From the NCBI RefSeq assembly GCF_965657535.1, contig NZ_CBFHOP010000007.1, positions 31,444 to 95,443 on the forward strand: a stretch of DNA of 64,000 bases, given 5' to 3'. Shown here piece by piece: positions 44,209 through 54,525 of the stretch. Within the stretch, counting starts at the first letter, position 1. Every line of letters begins with the position of its first letter. A program made the translations under genes and the position numbers. A model generated the notes under the pieces. It ran no database searches and had not been told where the DNA came from. It saw nothing but the letters and a program-made list of their open reading frames with translations. The stretch comes from Hydrogenophaga sp. Its GTDB lineage: Bacteria > Pseudomonadota > Gammaproteobacteria > Burkholderiales > Burkholderiaceae_C.

Positions 44209-45114
44209 ATGTCCAACACCAGCGAAGCCCAACGCCCCGCCCTGCCGTTTCCCCCTGCGGCCATTCAGGCGACCAAAGGCAGCCTGTGGCACAGCTGGCA
44301 AGTGCCACCCTGGACGGACAAAAACGGCAACGGTCACAAGGCCGTGCCCCTGACTTCGTTTGACCCGGGCGCCAAGCCCTTTTCCAGCGGGAGCAAAGCG
44401 GCCGATCAAGGTGCCGTGCAAACCATCGCCGAGCAACTGGACCGGTTACAAAACCTGTTTTATGCCGACGGGCGCCACAAGCTGCTGCTGGTGCTGCAAG
44501 GCACCGACACGTCGGGCAAAGACGGCACAGTGCGCGGCGTTTTTTCACGCTGCAGCCCGCTGGGCGTGCACACCGTGGGCTGGAAAGCCCCGACCGAATC
44601 CGAGCGCGCGCACGACTACCTGTGGCGCATTCACCAGAAAGTGCCTGGGGCAGGCGAGATCATGGTGTTCAACCGCAGTCACTACGAAGACGTGCTGGTG
44701 CCGGTGGTCAATGGCTGGATCACCCCCGAGCAAACCCGCCAGCGTCTGGCCCACATCAACGACTTCGAGCGCATGCTGGCCGAGACCGGTACCGTGATCC
44801 TCAAGTGCATGCTGCACATCAGCAAAGATGAGCAGCGCCAGCGCCTGCAAGACCGCATCGACGACCCGGACAAACACTGGAAATTCAGCCGGGGCGACCT
44901 GGATGACCGCAAGCAATGGGACGACTACCAGCGCGCCTACGAGGTGCTGCTGAACGAAACCAGCACGCCGTGGGCGCCCTGGACGGTGGTGCCTGCCGAC
45001 TCCAAAACCCACCGCAACCTGATGATCGCCACCCTGGTGCGCGACACCCTCAAAGCACTGAACCTGCGCTACCCGCCCGAAGACCCGACCCTCGCCGGCC
45101 TGCGGGTGACCTGA
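44209..45114 (+). CDS. Polyphosphate kinase 2 family protein (PPK2)
   Basis: [18 protein letters not shown] (Walker A-like), [39 protein letters not shown] and [12 protein letters not shown] are PPK2 blocks. Start at ATG 44209 preferred over 44158. Confidence 0.85.
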   Translation: MSNTSEAQRPALPFPPAAIQATKGSLWHSWQVPPWTDKNGNGHKAVPLTSFDPGAKPFSSGSKAADQGAVQTIAEQLDRLQNLFYADGRHKLLLVLQGTDTSGKDGTVRGVFSRCSPLGVHTVGWKAPTESERAHDYLWRIHQKVPGAGEIMVFNRSHYEDVLVPVVNGWITPEQTRQRLAHINDFERMLAETGTVILKCMLHISKDEQRQRLQDRIDDPDKHWKFSRGDLDDRKQWDDYQRAYEVLLNETSTPWAPWTVVPADSKTHRNLMIATLVRDTLKALNLRYPPEDPTLAGLRVT

Positions 45115-45163
45115 AGCCGCCCGCAGCCCCACCGCATTCCCACCCCAAAAAGAGAGAGACACC

Positions 45164-48100
45164 ATGAGCAACCTGTCCGCCGAATACCAGGCCTTGGCCA
45201 ACTACCGCCCCACCAACAAGGTGCGCTTTGTCACCGCAGCCAGCCTGTTTGACGGCCACGACGCGGCCATCAACATCATGCGGCGCATTTTGCAAGGCAT
45301 GGGCGCCGAGGTGATCCACCTGGGGCACAACCGCTCGGTGGACGAGGTGGTGACGGCCGCACTGCAGGAAGACGCCCAGGGCATTGCCATCAGCTCCTAC
45401 CAGGGCGGCCATGTGGAGTATTTCAAGTACATGGTGGACCTGCTCAAGAGCCGGGGCGGCGAGCACATCCAGGTGTTTGGCGGCGGCGGCGGCGTGATCG
45501 TGCCCGACGAAATCCGCGAGCTGCAGGCCTACGGCGTAGCCCGCATTTACAGCCCCGAAGACGGCCAGAAAATGGGCCTGGCCGGCATGATTGGCGAAAT
45601 GGTGATGCGTTGCGACCAAGACATCAGCGCTTTCGCCCCGACCGAGACCTGCGCCATTGAAGGCCAGACCGAAATGCATTGGCGCGCCCTGGCGCAGCTG
45701 ATCACAGCGCTGGAGAACGACAAAGCCGACGTCGCCCTGGTGCAGCGCATCCGCGCCGAAGCGGCCACCAAAAAAGTGCCCGTGCTGGGCATCACCGGCA
45801 CCGGCGGCGCCGGCAAGTCCAGCCTGACGGACGAACTCATTCGCCGCCTGCGGCTGGACCAGGACGACGCGTTGCGCGTGGCGGTCATTTCCATCGACCC
45901 CAGCCGCCGCAAGAGCGGTGGCGCGTTGCTGGGCGACCGCATCCGCATGAACGCCATTGCGCCTTGGCAAAAAGGCCAACGTGTCTTCATGCGCTCACTG
46001 GCCACACGCGACTTTGGCAGCGAGATCAGCGCCGCCCTGCCCGACGTGATCGCCGCCTGCAAGGTCTCGGGTTTTGACGTGATCGTGGTGGAAACCTCGG
46101 GCATTGGCCAGGGCGACGCGGCCATCGTGCCGCATGTGGACGTGCCCATGTACGTGATGACGCCCGAGTTTGGCGCCGCCAGCCAGCTCGAGAAAATCGA
46201 CATGCTCGACTTCGCCGAGTTCGTGGCCATCAACAAGTTTGACCGCAAGGGCGCCAGCGACGCGCTGCGCGACGTGGCCAAGCAGGTGCAGCGCAACAAG
46301 GAAGCCTGGACCACGCCCACCGAGCAGATGCCGGTGTTTGGCACCATGGCCGCACGCTTCAACGACGACGGCGTGACCGCGCTGTACCAGGCGCTCAAAA
46401 CGCGCCTGGGTGCGCTGGGCCTGCCACTGACCGAAGGCCGCCTGCCGCGGGTGGCGGTGCGCCACAGCACCAACCAGACCCCCATCGTGCCGGGCGCGCG
46501 CACGCGCTACCTGGCCGAAATTTCTGACACCGTGCGCGGCTACAAAAAGCGCGCCCGCGAGCAAGCCCGCCTGGCCCGCGAAATCCAGCAGCTCAACGCC
46601 AGCGCGCAGATGCTTCGGGTGGAAAAGCCCACCCGGGCCAAAGCCGCCGAGGCAGTGATCGACCTGGCCCAACAGCGCGAACTCGACCAGGACCCGGCTG
46701 CCCGCAAGCTGCTGACGCAATGGCCCGACATGCAAAAAGCCTACGCGGGCGACGAGTACGTGGTGAAGATCCGCGACAAGGAAATCCGCACGGCACTCAC
46801 CACCAAGAGCCTTTCGGGCACCACCATCCGCAAGGTGGCGCTGCCCACGTTTGAGGACCATGGCGAAATCTTGAAGTGGCTGATGCTGGACAACGTGCCC
46901 GGCAGCTTCCCCTACACCGCCGGCACCTTCGCCTTCAAGCGCGAGGGCGAAGACCCGACCCGCATGTTTGCCGGCGAAGGCGATCCGTTTCGCACCAACC
47001 GCCGCTTCAAGCTGCTCAGCGCGGGCACACCCGCCAAGCGCCTGAGCACCGCGTTTGACTCGGTCACGCTCTACGGTAACGACCCCGATCCGCGCCCGGA
47101 CATTTACGGCAAGGTCGGCAACTCGGGCGTGAGCATTGCCACGCTAGACGACATGAAGGTGCTCTACGGCGGCTTCGACCTGTGCCACCCGGCCACCTCC
47201 GTGTCGATGACGATCAACGGCCCCGCCCCCAGCATTCTGGCGATGTTCATGAACACCGCCATCGACCAGAACCTGGAGAAATTCAAAGCCGACAATGGCC
47301 GCGACCCGACCGACACCGAAGCCCAGAAAATCCGCGAATGGGTGCTGGCCAACGTGCGTGGCACGGTGCAGGCCGACATCCTGAAAGAAGACCAGGGCCA
47401 GAACACCTGCATCTTCAGCACCGAGTTTTCGCTCAAGGTGATGGGCGACATTGCCGAGTATTTCGTGCACCACGACGTGCGCAACTTCTACTCGGTCAGC
47501 ATCTCGGGCTACCACATCGCCGAAGCCGGCGCCAACCCGATCAGCCAGCTGGCGTTCACGCTGTCCAACGGCTTCACGTTTGTCGAAGCGTATCTCGCGC
47601 GCGGCATGCACATCGACGACTTCGCGCCCAATTTGTCGTTCTTCTTCAGCAACGGCATGGACCCGGAATACACCGTGCTGGGCCGCGTGGCGCGCCGCAT
47701 CTGGGCGGTGGCCATGCGCGACCGCTACGGCGCCAACGAGCGCAGCCAGAAGCTGAAATACCACGTGCAGACCAGCGGGCGCAGCCTGCACGCGCAAGAA
47801 ATTCAGTTCAACGACATCCGCACCACGCTGCAGGCGCTGATTGCCATTTACGACAACTGCAACAGCCTGCACACCAACGCGTTTGACGAAGCCATCACCA
47901 CGCCCACCGAAGAGTCGGTGCGCCGGGCCATGGCGATCCAGCTCATCATCAACCGGGAGTGGGGCCTGGCCAAAAACGAAAACCCGAACCAGGGCGCCTT
48001 CATCATCGACGACCTCACCGAGCTGGTGGAAGAAGCGGTGCTGGCCGAGTTCGAAAAAATCGCCGAACGCGGTGGCGTGCTGGGCGCCATGGAAACCGGT

Positions 48101-48457
48101 TACCAGCGCGGCAAGATCCAGGACGAGTCGATGCACTACGAAATGCTCAAGCACACCGGCGAATACCCGATCGTGGGCGTGAACACCTTCCGCAACCCGC
48201 ACGGCGACGCGGTGATGGACAAGCTGGAGCTGGCCCGCTCCACCGAAGAAGAAAAACAAAGCCAACTGGAACGGCTGGCCGACTTCCACACCCGCCATGC
48301 GGCGCAAGCCCCAGCCATGCTCCAGCGCCTGCAGCAGGCGGTGATTGAGAACAAGAACGTGTTCGAGGTGCTGATGGACGCGGTGCGCTGCTGCTCACTG
48401 GGCCAGATCACCAGCGCGCTGTTTGAGGTGGGCGGGCAGTACCGGCGCAATATGTGA
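45164..48457 (+). CDS. icmF: Fused isobutyryl-CoA mutase IcmF (B12-binding domain + MeaB-like G-protein + mutase TIM barrel), 1097 aa
   Basis: N-terminal B12 domain ([10 protein letters not shown]), P-loop [13 protein letters not shown] with NKFD of the MeaB-like GTPase, then the methylmalonyl-CoA-mutase-like catalytic domain ([22 protein letters not shown]). Confidence 0.9.
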   Translation: MSNLSAEYQALANYRPTNKVRFVTAASLFDGHDAAINIMRRILQGMGAEVIHLGHNRSVDEVVTAALQEDAQGIAISSYQGGHVEYFKYMVDLLKSRGGEHIQVFGGGGGVIVPDEIRELQAYGVARIYSPEDGQKMGLAGMIGEMVMRCDQDISAFAPTETCAIEGQTEMHWRALAQLITALENDKADVALVQRIRAEAATKKVPVLGITGTGGAGKSSLTDELIRRLRLDQDDALRVAVISIDPSRRKSGGALLGDRIRMNAIAPWQKGQRVFMRSLATRDFGSEISAALPDVIAACKVSGFDVIVVETSGIGQGDAAIVPHVDVPMYVMTPEFGAASQLEKIDMLDFAEFVAINKFDRKGASDALRDVAKQVQRNKEAWTTPTEQMPVFGTMAARFNDDGVTALYQALKTRLGALGLPLTEGRLPRVAVRHSTNQTPIVPGARTRYLAEISDTVRGYKKRAREQARLAREIQQLNASAQMLRVEKPTRAKAAEAVIDLAQQRELDQDPAARKLLTQWPDMQKAYAGDEYVVKIRDKEIRTALTTKSLSGTTIRKVALPTFEDHGEILKWLMLDNVPGSFPYTAGTFAFKREGEDPTRMFAGEGDPFRTNRRFKLLSAGTPAKRLSTAFDSVTLYGNDPDPRPDIYGKVGNSGVSIATLDDMKVLYGGFDLCHPATSVSMTINGPAPSILAMFMNTAIDQNLEKFKADNGRDPTDTEAQKIREWVLANVRGTVQADILKEDQGQNTCIFSTEFSLKVMGDIAEYFVHHDVRNFYSVSISGYHIAEAGANPISQLAFTLSNGFTFVEAYLARGMHIDDFAPNLSFFFSNGMDPEYTVLGRVARRIWAVAMRDRYGANERSQKLKYHVQTSGRSLHAQEIQFNDIRTTLQALIAIYDNCNSLHTNAFDEAITTPTEESVRRAMAIQLIINREWGLAKNENPNQGAFIIDDLTELVEEAVLAEFEKIAERGGVLGAMETGYQRGKIQDESMHYEMLKHTGEYPIVGVNTFRNPHGDAVMDKLELARSTEEEKQSQLERLADFHTRHAAQAPAMLQRLQQAVIENKNVFEVLMDAVRCCSLGQITSALFEVGGQYRRNM

Positions 48458-48485
48458 GCGCGTGACCCACGTGCCCGGCCCGACC

Positions 48486-49574
48486 TCAGTCGGCCCGGGC
48501 CAGTGGCAAATTCAGCAGCAGGTTTTGCGGCTTCAGTTTCAGCAGGCCGTCGGCCGTCATGGCCAGACCCAGGTACACCGGCTTGCCCTGCACGTCGGCG
48601 CGCATGTGTTGCGGGTCGTCAAACCGCAGCTTGAACAAACTGATCAGCCGCTGCTGGCGCTCGGGCGCCACGGTTTGGCCTGCGTACAAGTCGTTCAGCA
48701 GTTGGGTGGATTCCACGTCCAAGCCCAGGTGCCAGCGCCAGGCGGGGTCTTCAATGCGCGATTCGGCCTGAATTTTCACCCCCAAGCCCAGAAAATGCTG
48801 CACCCACTTCTCCAGCACCTGCGCCAGCGCCTTCAGGCCCGACTGGGCACGGTTCATGGTCAGCGTCAGGCCGTGCGGCAGCTCGCGCTGAATCTCGTGC
48901 GTCAGGTCCAGCAAAAAGTTGAACCGCCCCACGCCGGCCAGGCTGTTCATGTAGCGCCCGGCGCCGTCTTCGCCCAGCACTTCCATTTGCACCGTGGGCA
49001 GTGAAGCGCCGCTCTGCATCAGCAGCCGGCCCACCGAACCCAGCCCGCCGGTCTCGTGGGCCATGTCCAGCACCTCGCTGTCGCCACTGAGCACGCGGCC
49101 GTCTTGCACGCTCACGCGTTGGCGGCGAAACAGCATCTCGGCTGCGCGCCATGGCCAGGCGTCGGGTTCGTCCTGCAGCAGGTTGCACACAATGGCCTGC
49201 ACCATCAGATCCAGGAACAAAGGCGGCACCGAAATGGCACCGGCCTTGAAGAACCCGGCGTAAGCCGCCTCCAGCGAACCGGCTGCGATCACCGCATCGC
49301 GAAAGCTCAGAAACAGGCGGTGGTTGGCGCGCGCGTCGTCATCTTCCAACGCGTCCAGCTCGGCGGCCGGTACCGGCCGCGTGGGGTCGGCCATGAGCGC
49401 GGCGTGCAAGGCCTGCTCGGCCGGGCAAGACTCTTCTACCAAAGCCAGTTCGGGCCGGCCTAGCCACAGGCGCCAGTAGGCATCGGTCGGGCTGAGCCAG
49501 CCGCGGGGCGTGCGTTCCAGCAGCGCAAAGCCACAGGGAGACCAGATGGGAAGAGCAGACGGAAACAGGGCCAT
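48486..49574 (-). CDS. Conserved hypothetical protein
   Basis: Coherent 362-aa ORF with coding-like composition. No motif recognised. Confidence 0.55.
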   Translation of the reverse strand: MALFPSALPIWSPCGFALLERTPRGWLSPTDAYWRLWLGRPELALVEESCPAEQALHAALMADPTRPVPAAELDALEDDDARANHRLFLSFRDAVIAAGSLEAAYAGFFKAGAISVPPLFLDLMVQAIVCNLLQDEPDAWPWRAAEMLFRRQRVSVQDGRVLSGDSEVLDMAHETGGLGSVGRLLMQSGASLPTVQMEVLGEDGAGRYMNSLAGVGRFNFLLDLTHEIQRELPHGLTLTMNRAQSGLKALAQVLEKWVQHFLGLGVKIQAESRIEDPAWRWHLGLDVESTQLLNDLYAGQTVAPERQQRLISLFKLRFDDPQHMRADVQGKPVYLGLAMTADGLLKLKPQNLLLNLPLARAD

Positions 49575-49706
49575 GTGAAGGTGCAGGCTGCGGTTGAAAA
49601 ACGTGAGCGATTGTGCGTTACCCGTGCAGCGGGCGTGCGGCGGGCCAAAGTCACCGCGCGCCCCAGGGGGTTGGGTGCTTCACACCTCACGCATCACAAT
49701 AGCGCG

Positions 49707-50624
49707 ATGCAACACCCCATCAGTCTTATTGGCGTCCCCACCGACATTGGCGCAGGCGCACGCGGCGCGTCCATGGGGCCCGAAGCGCTGCGCGTGGCGG
49801 GCATCCAGGCGGTGCTGGAAAGCCACGGCCTGCAGGTGACAGACTGCGGCAACCTGAGCGGCCCGGCCAACCCCTGGCAACCGCCCACCGAAGGCTACCG
49901 CCACCTGGCCGAGGTAGCGGCCTGGAACCAGACCCTGCACGAGGCGGTGCACGCCGAACTGGCGCGGGGCCACATGCCCATCGTGCTCGGTGGCGACCAC
50001 TGCCTGGGCCTGGGCTCCATCAGCGCCGTGGCGCGTCACTGCCGCGAGACCGGCAAAACCCTGCGCGTGCTCTGGCTCGACGCCCACGCCGACTTCAACA
50101 CGGCCGCACTCACGCCCAGCGGCAACATCCACGGCATGCCGGTGGCGCTGCTGTGCGGCCGGGGGCCGGCGCTGCTCACCGGCATTGGCGGCCACACGCC
50201 GGCCATCGAAGCCAGCGTGGTGCGCCAGATCGGCATACGCAGCGTGGACGCCGGCGAAAAGCGCCTCGTGCACGAAGCCGGGCTGGAGGTGTTTGACATG
50301 CGCTATATCGACGAAATGGGCATGCGCCACACCATGGAACAGGCCCTGATGGGCATGGACGACAACACGCACCTGCACGTGAGTTTCGACGTCGACTTTC
50401 TGGACCCCGAGATCGCCCCCGGCGTGGGCACCACCGTCCCCGGCGGCCCCACCTACCGCGAAGCCCAGCTGTGCATGGAAATGATTGCCGACACCGGACG
50501 CATGGCCAGCATGGACGTGATGGAGCTCAACCCGGCGCTGGATGTGCGCAACCGCACCGCGCTGCTGGCGGTGGATTTAATCGAGAGTTTGTTTGGCAAG
50601 TCGACGCTGATGCGGAAGAAATAG
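49707..50624 (+). CDS. rocF: Arginase
   Basis: ISLIGVPTDIGA..RGASMGP, GGDHCL, LWLDAHADFNT, GNIHGMP and SFDVDFLDP are ureohydrolase Mn-binding motifs in arginase-type context. Start at ATG 49707. Confidence 0.88.
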   Translation: MQHPISLIGVPTDIGAGARGASMGPEALRVAGIQAVLESHGLQVTDCGNLSGPANPWQPPTEGYRHLAEVAAWNQTLHEAVHAELARGHMPIVLGGDHCLGLGSISAVARHCRETGKTLRVLWLDAHADFNTAALTPSGNIHGMPVALLCGRGPALLTGIGGHTPAIEASVVRQIGIRSVDAGEKRLVHEAGLEVFDMRYIDEMGMRHTMEQALMGMDDNTHLHVSFDVDFLDPEIAPGVGTTVPGGPTYREAQLCMEMIADTGRMASMDVMELNPALDVRNRTALLAVDLIESLFGKSTLMRKK

Positions 50625-50625
50625 G

Positions 50626-50736
50626 TTCCCCCCGCGCCGCCTGCGGCGTCACCCCCCAGGGGGCGATGCTTGCGGCCTGGCAAAGCCAGTTCCGCGGCAT
50701 CCTGGGTTTCGGTGTCGCGCGCCGGATGCGGTTGGG
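50626..50736 (+). repeat. Gene-3'-end intergenic repeat family, copy 1
   Basis: TTCCCCCCGCGCCGCCTGCGGCGTCACCCCCCAGGGGGCGATGCTTGCGGCCTGGCAAAGCCAGTTCCGCGGCATCC... begins 2 nt after the arginase stop and aligns with the copy at 53777. Confidence 0.6.
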
Positions 50737-50737
50737 A

Positions 50738-51037
50738 TCAAGTCTTGCCGACCAGCTCCAGGTGTTCGACCACCGGCGGCTGCGCAAAGAACGGCCCCAC
50801 GATGCTGCGCCATTCGGCAAACGACGGCGACTGGCGAAAGCCCACGGTGTGGTCTTCCAGCGTGTCCCAATAAATCATCAAGATGTAGCGCCCCGGGCTC
50901 TCGATGCTGCGGTTGACTTTGTAGCCCTTGAAACCGGTGGCCTGGGCAATCACGGTGCTCGCGCCGCGCAGGATGGCGGCTTCAAACTCGGCTGAGCGGG
51001 CGGGGTCGATGCGGATGTCGGCGTGTTCGAGGATCAT
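50738..51037 (-). CDS. Antibiotic biosynthesis monooxygenase (ABM/Dabb-fold) family protein
   Basis: 99 aa. MILEHADIRIDPARSAEFEAA...GYKVNRSIESPGRYILMIYWDTLEDH...FR has the ABM-domain pattern. Confidence 0.8.
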   Translation of the reverse strand: MILEHADIRIDPARSAEFEAAILRGASTVIAQATGFKGYKVNRSIESPGRYILMIYWDTLEDHTVGFRQSPSFAEWRSIVGPFFAQPPVVEHLELVGKT

Positions 51038-51068
51038 GGTGGCTCCGAAAAAAGAGGTTGTGCCAGCG

Positions 51069-52700
51069 TCAGACCAGCGCGGCTTGACGGTCTTCCCGAA
51101 TCATATCCACCGCTTTTTCCGCCACCATGATCACCGGGGCATTCGTGTTGCCGCCCACCACGCGCGGCATGACCGACGCGTCCACCACACGCAGGCCCGC
51201 CACACCGTGCACGCGCAGGCGGGCGTCCACCACGGCCAGGGCGTCGGTGCCCATGCGGCAGGTGCCCACCGGGTGGTAGATGGTGTCGGCGTGGTTGCGC
51301 ACGAATTGTTCAATTTGCGCATCGCTCTGGGCCGATCGCGAGGCGGCGGACTCCTGGCCGCCGTGGCGAGCCAAAGCGGGTTGCTGCATCAACTCGCGCA
51401 CGCGCTTGAAACCGCGCACGAGGCGGGCCACATCGTCCGGGTCTTTCAAAAAGGCCGGGTCAATCAGCGGCGCCACTTGCGGGTCGGCACTGGCCAGGCG
51501 CAGCCTGCCCCGGCTCTTGGGCCGGAGCAGGCACACATGGCACGAATAGCCGTGGCCAAACACGGTTTTGCGGCCATGGTCCACCAGCTTGCCCACCACA
51601 AAGTGCAATTGCAGGTCGGGTATGGCTTCGTCGGAGGCGCTCTTGATGAACCCCCCCGCCTCGGCAAAGTTGCTGGTGAGCGGCCCGCTGCGCGCACGGC
51701 GCCACTCAGCGATGCCCTTGAGCGTGGTCACCATGCCCGGCAGCGACAGGCCAAACAGGTCGGTCAACTTCGGGGCGTTCACCACCATCACCACGTCGGG
51801 GTGATCGTGCAGGTTCTCGCCCACGCCGGGCAGGTCGTGCAGCACATCAATGGCCATTTCGCGCAGGTGCTCAGCCGGGCCAATGCCCGAGAGCATGAGC
51901 AACTGCGGCGAACCAAAAGCCCCCGCGCTCAGCAGCACCTCGCCGCCCGGTTTCAGGCGCAGCGTTTGTGGTGCGCCCCGCCCGCCGTTGGGCCGGTATT
52001 CCACCCCCACGGCGCAGGGCTGGCTGTTCACGGTTTCCACCAGCACCCGGGTAGTGAGCGCGCTGGTGATCACCGTCAGGTTGGGCCGCCCCAGGTGGGG
52101 CGTGAGGTAGCCCTTGGCGGCGCTCCAGCGCTCGCCGTTTTTGTGCGTCACCTGGTAGGCGCCCACGCCTTCCTGATCGGAGCCGTTGAAGTCGGCGTTG
52201 TGCGCGTAGCCGGCTTGCTGGCCGGCTTCGATGAACGCGGGCAGAAACGGGTTGGGGCTGCGCAGGTCCATCACGTTCAGCGGGCCGCCCTGGCCGTGCA
52301 GCGCGTCGGCGCCGCGCTCGTTGTGCTCGGCGCGCTTGAAATAGGGCAACACGTCGGCATACGACCAGCCGGGATTGCCCTGGGCAGCCCAATGGTCGTA
52401 GTCTTGCGCATGGCCGCGGGCGTACACCATGGCGTTGATGGAACTGGAGCCGCCCAGCACCTTGCCGCGCGGCTGGTAGCCCCGGCGGCCGTTCAGCCCC
52501 GGCTGCGGCACGGTGTTGTAGCCCCAGCCGTTGAGCTCAAACTTGGCCATCAGGGCCAGGCCGGCGGGGCAATGAATGAGCACGCTGCTGTCGGCCGGAC
52601 CGGCTTCGAGCAGCGCCACGCGCACGGCAGGGTCTTCGCTCAGACGCCCCGCGAGCACGCTGCCCGCCGAGCCGCCGCCAACGATGATGAAATCAAACAT
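51069..52700 (-). CDS. GMC-family FAD oxidoreductase (choline/alcohol dehydrogenase-like)
   Basis: FDFIIVGGGSAGSVLAGRLSED...LLEAG, GKVLGGSSSINAMVY, and a C-terminal HPVGTCRMG...VVDASVMP. Confidence 0.9.
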   Translation of the reverse strand: MFDFIIVGGGSAGSVLAGRLSEDPAVRVALLEAGPADSSVLIHCPAGLALMAKFELNGWGYNTVPQPGLNGRRGYQPRGKVLGGSSSINAMVYARGHAQDYDHWAAQGNPGWSYADVLPYFKRAEHNERGADALHGQGGPLNVMDLRSPNPFLPAFIEAGQQAGYAHNADFNGSDQEGVGAYQVTHKNGERWSAAKGYLTPHLGRPNLTVITSALTTRVLVETVNSQPCAVGVEYRPNGGRGAPQTLRLKPGGEVLLSAGAFGSPQLLMLSGIGPAEHLREMAIDVLHDLPGVGENLHDHPDVVMVVNAPKLTDLFGLSLPGMVTTLKGIAEWRRARSGPLTSNFAEAGGFIKSASDEAIPDLQLHFVVGKLVDHGRKTVFGHGYSCHVCLLRPKSRGRLRLASADPQVAPLIDPAFLKDPDDVARLVRGFKRVRELMQQPALARHGGQESAASRSAQSDAQIEQFVRNHADTIYHPVGTCRMGTDALAVVDARLRVHGVAGLRVVDASVMPRVVGGNTNAPVIMVAEKAVDMIREDRQAALV

Positions 52701-52923
52701 GAGATCTCCAGGAAGTGCCGCACCAAGCGCCGGACCGGACGAATCGAACCGCTGTCATGCCCTTGCAAGATGGGGCGCGACAATCAACGGCTAAGTTAGC
52801 ACGCAGGCCTGCGAGCCGATAGACGCGCCCGCCTAGGCGTGACGCATGCGTGACCCAGCGTGCCAGCCCCCAGCGCACACGCGCTGGACAATTCTTTTTT
52901 TGAAACACACAGGAGTGAACCCT

Positions 52924-53775
52924 ATGAGCAGCATCCAGACCGTCGGCATTATTGGCTCGGGCACCATGGGCAACGGCATTGCGCAGGCCTGCGCCACCAG
53001 CGGCATTCAGGTGGTGCTGGTCGACATTGCCCAGGCGGCGGTGGACAAAGCCATGGCCACCGTGGCCAGCAGCCTGGACCGGCTGATCAAGAAAGAAAAA
53101 ATGACCGCCGCCGAAAAAGACGCGGCGCTGGCCCGCATCAAAGGGTCGACCCATTACGAAGACCTCAAGGGCGCCCAACTGGTCATTGAAGCCGCCACCG
53201 AAAACGAGGCGCTGAAGGTCAAAATCTTGCAGCAGCTGGACGGCTTGCTGGGTGCCGACGTGATCGTGGCCACCAACACCAGCTCCATCAGCATCACCAA
53301 GCTGGCCGCCGCCACGCAGCGCCCCGACCGCTTCATCGGCATGCACTTCTTCAACCCCGTGCCCATGATGGCGCTGGTGGAAATCATTCGCGGCCTGCAA
53401 ACCAGCGACGCCACGCACGACGCCGTGAAGGCACTGGCCGAAGCCCTGGGCAAGACGCCCATTACCGTGAAGAACGCGCCCGGCTTCGTGGTCAACCGCA
53501 TTCTGGTGCCCATGATCAACGAGGCTTTCTTTGTGCTGGCCGAAGGTCTGGCCACACCGCAAGACATCGACGCCGGCATGAAACTGGGCTGCAACCAGCC
53601 CATTGGCCCGCTGGCCCTGGCCGACATGATCGGCCTGGACGTGTGCCTGGCGGTGATGAACGTTTACATGGCCGAGTACAACGACAGCAAATACCGCCCG
53701 GCCCCGCTGCTGAAAGAAATGGTGGCGGCTGGCTGGCTGGGCCGCAAGACCGGGCGCGGCGTGTTCACTTATTGA
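52924..53775 (+). CDS. hbd: 3-hydroxybutyryl-CoA dehydrogenase
   Basis: VGIIGSGTMGNGIAQ, IVATNTSSISIT, GMHFFNPVPMMALVEIIRG, PGFVVNRILVPMINEA and MKLGCNQPIGPLALADMIGLD. AGGAG RBS upstream of ATG 52924. Confidence 0.9.
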   Translation: MSSIQTVGIIGSGTMGNGIAQACATSGIQVVLVDIAQAAVDKAMATVASSLDRLIKKEKMTAAEKDAALARIKGSTHYEDLKGAQLVIEAATENEALKVKILQQLDGLLGADVIVATNTSSISITKLAAATQRPDRFIGMHFFNPVPMMALVEIIRGLQTSDATHDAVKALAEALGKTPITVKNAPGFVVNRILVPMINEAFFVLAEGLATPQDIDAGMKLGCNQPIGPLALADMIGLDVCLAVMNVYMAEYNDSKYRPAPLLKEMVAAGWLGRKTGRGVFTY

Positions 53776-53776
53776 C

Positions 53777-53900
53777 TCCCCCCGCGCCGCTTCGCGTCAC
53801 CCCCCAGGGGGCGATGCCTGCGGCCGGGCGAAGCCCATCCTGCGGCATCCTTTGGCGCAGAGCCCCCGCGCTGGCCGCCGGTGGCGCAGTTTGTTTGCGC
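53777..53900 (+). repeat. Gene-3'-end intergenic repeat family, copy 2
   Basis: CTCCCCCCGCGCCGCTTCGCGTCACCCCCCAGGGGGCGATGCCTGCGGCCGGGCGAAGCCCATCCTGCGGCATCC... begins 2 nt after the hbd stop. Confidence 0.6.
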
Positions 53901-53930
53901 CAGATCAAGCTGCTGCGGCGCAGCATTTTT

Positions 53931-54509
53931 ATGATGAACCCAACTTTCACTGCCCAGGGGTTTTTCATGAACGCTGCTGCCCGCACCCAACCGTCGCTCG
54001 CTGTTTTTGAGTTTCTTGACAGCACCCACCGCGAGATTCAGCAGCAGCTGCAACAGCTGCACACGCTGGTGGACGCGATTGAAAACAATGGCCTGAACCA
54101 GGCCAACCGGGAACAGTCCCGCAGCGTGCTGGCCTACTTCAACGGCGAAGCGCGCCAGCACCATCTGGACGAAGAAAAGCACATCTTTCCCGCACTGCTG
54201 AACAGCCAAAACGCCGAGCTGGTGCAGGCCACCGAACACCTGGTGCAAGACCACGGCTGGCTGGAAGAAAACTGGATTCAGATTGCGCCCAGCCTGGAAG
54301 CCGCCACCCACGGCAACCTGTGGTTTGACACCGTGGAACTGCGCCACGCGCTGGAGGTGTTTGAAGCCCTTTACCTCGACCACATCGTGCTGGAAGAATT
54401 GATCGCCTACCCGGCCGCCAAACAGCGTCTGGCCAGCTTGGACACGGTGGGCATGGGCCGTGAAATGGCCAAACGCCGGGCACTCAAAAACATGCCGTTG
54501 CCCGTCTGA
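53931..54509 (+). CDS. Hemerythrin-like domain protein
   Basis: FEFLDSTHREIQ..., RQHHLDEEKHIFPAL and LVQDHGWLEE show H/E cation-binding spacing typical of hemerythrin-like domains. Start ambiguous (ATG 53931, 53934 or 53967). The upstream part of ORF 53643 is repeat-derived. Confidence 0.7.
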   Translation: MMNPTFTAQGFFMNAAARTQPSLAVFEFLDSTHREIQQQLQQLHTLVDAIENNGLNQANREQSRSVLAYFNGEARQHHLDEEKHIFPALLNSQNAELVQATEHLVQDHGWLEENWIQIAPSLEAATHGNLWFDTVELRHALEVFEALYLDHIVLEELIAYPAAKQRLASLDTVGMGREMAKRRALKNMPLPV

Positions 54510-54525
54510 CCCGCGCGCGCTCAGC

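Noticed and set aside
53643-53930. 5' part of ORF 53643..54509 (PPAPLRVTPQGAMPAAGRS...)
   Set aside because: This stretch is encoded by the intergenic repeat element, and the same peptide-like string appears in the other repeat copy. Hemerythrin-like sequence starts only after 53931.
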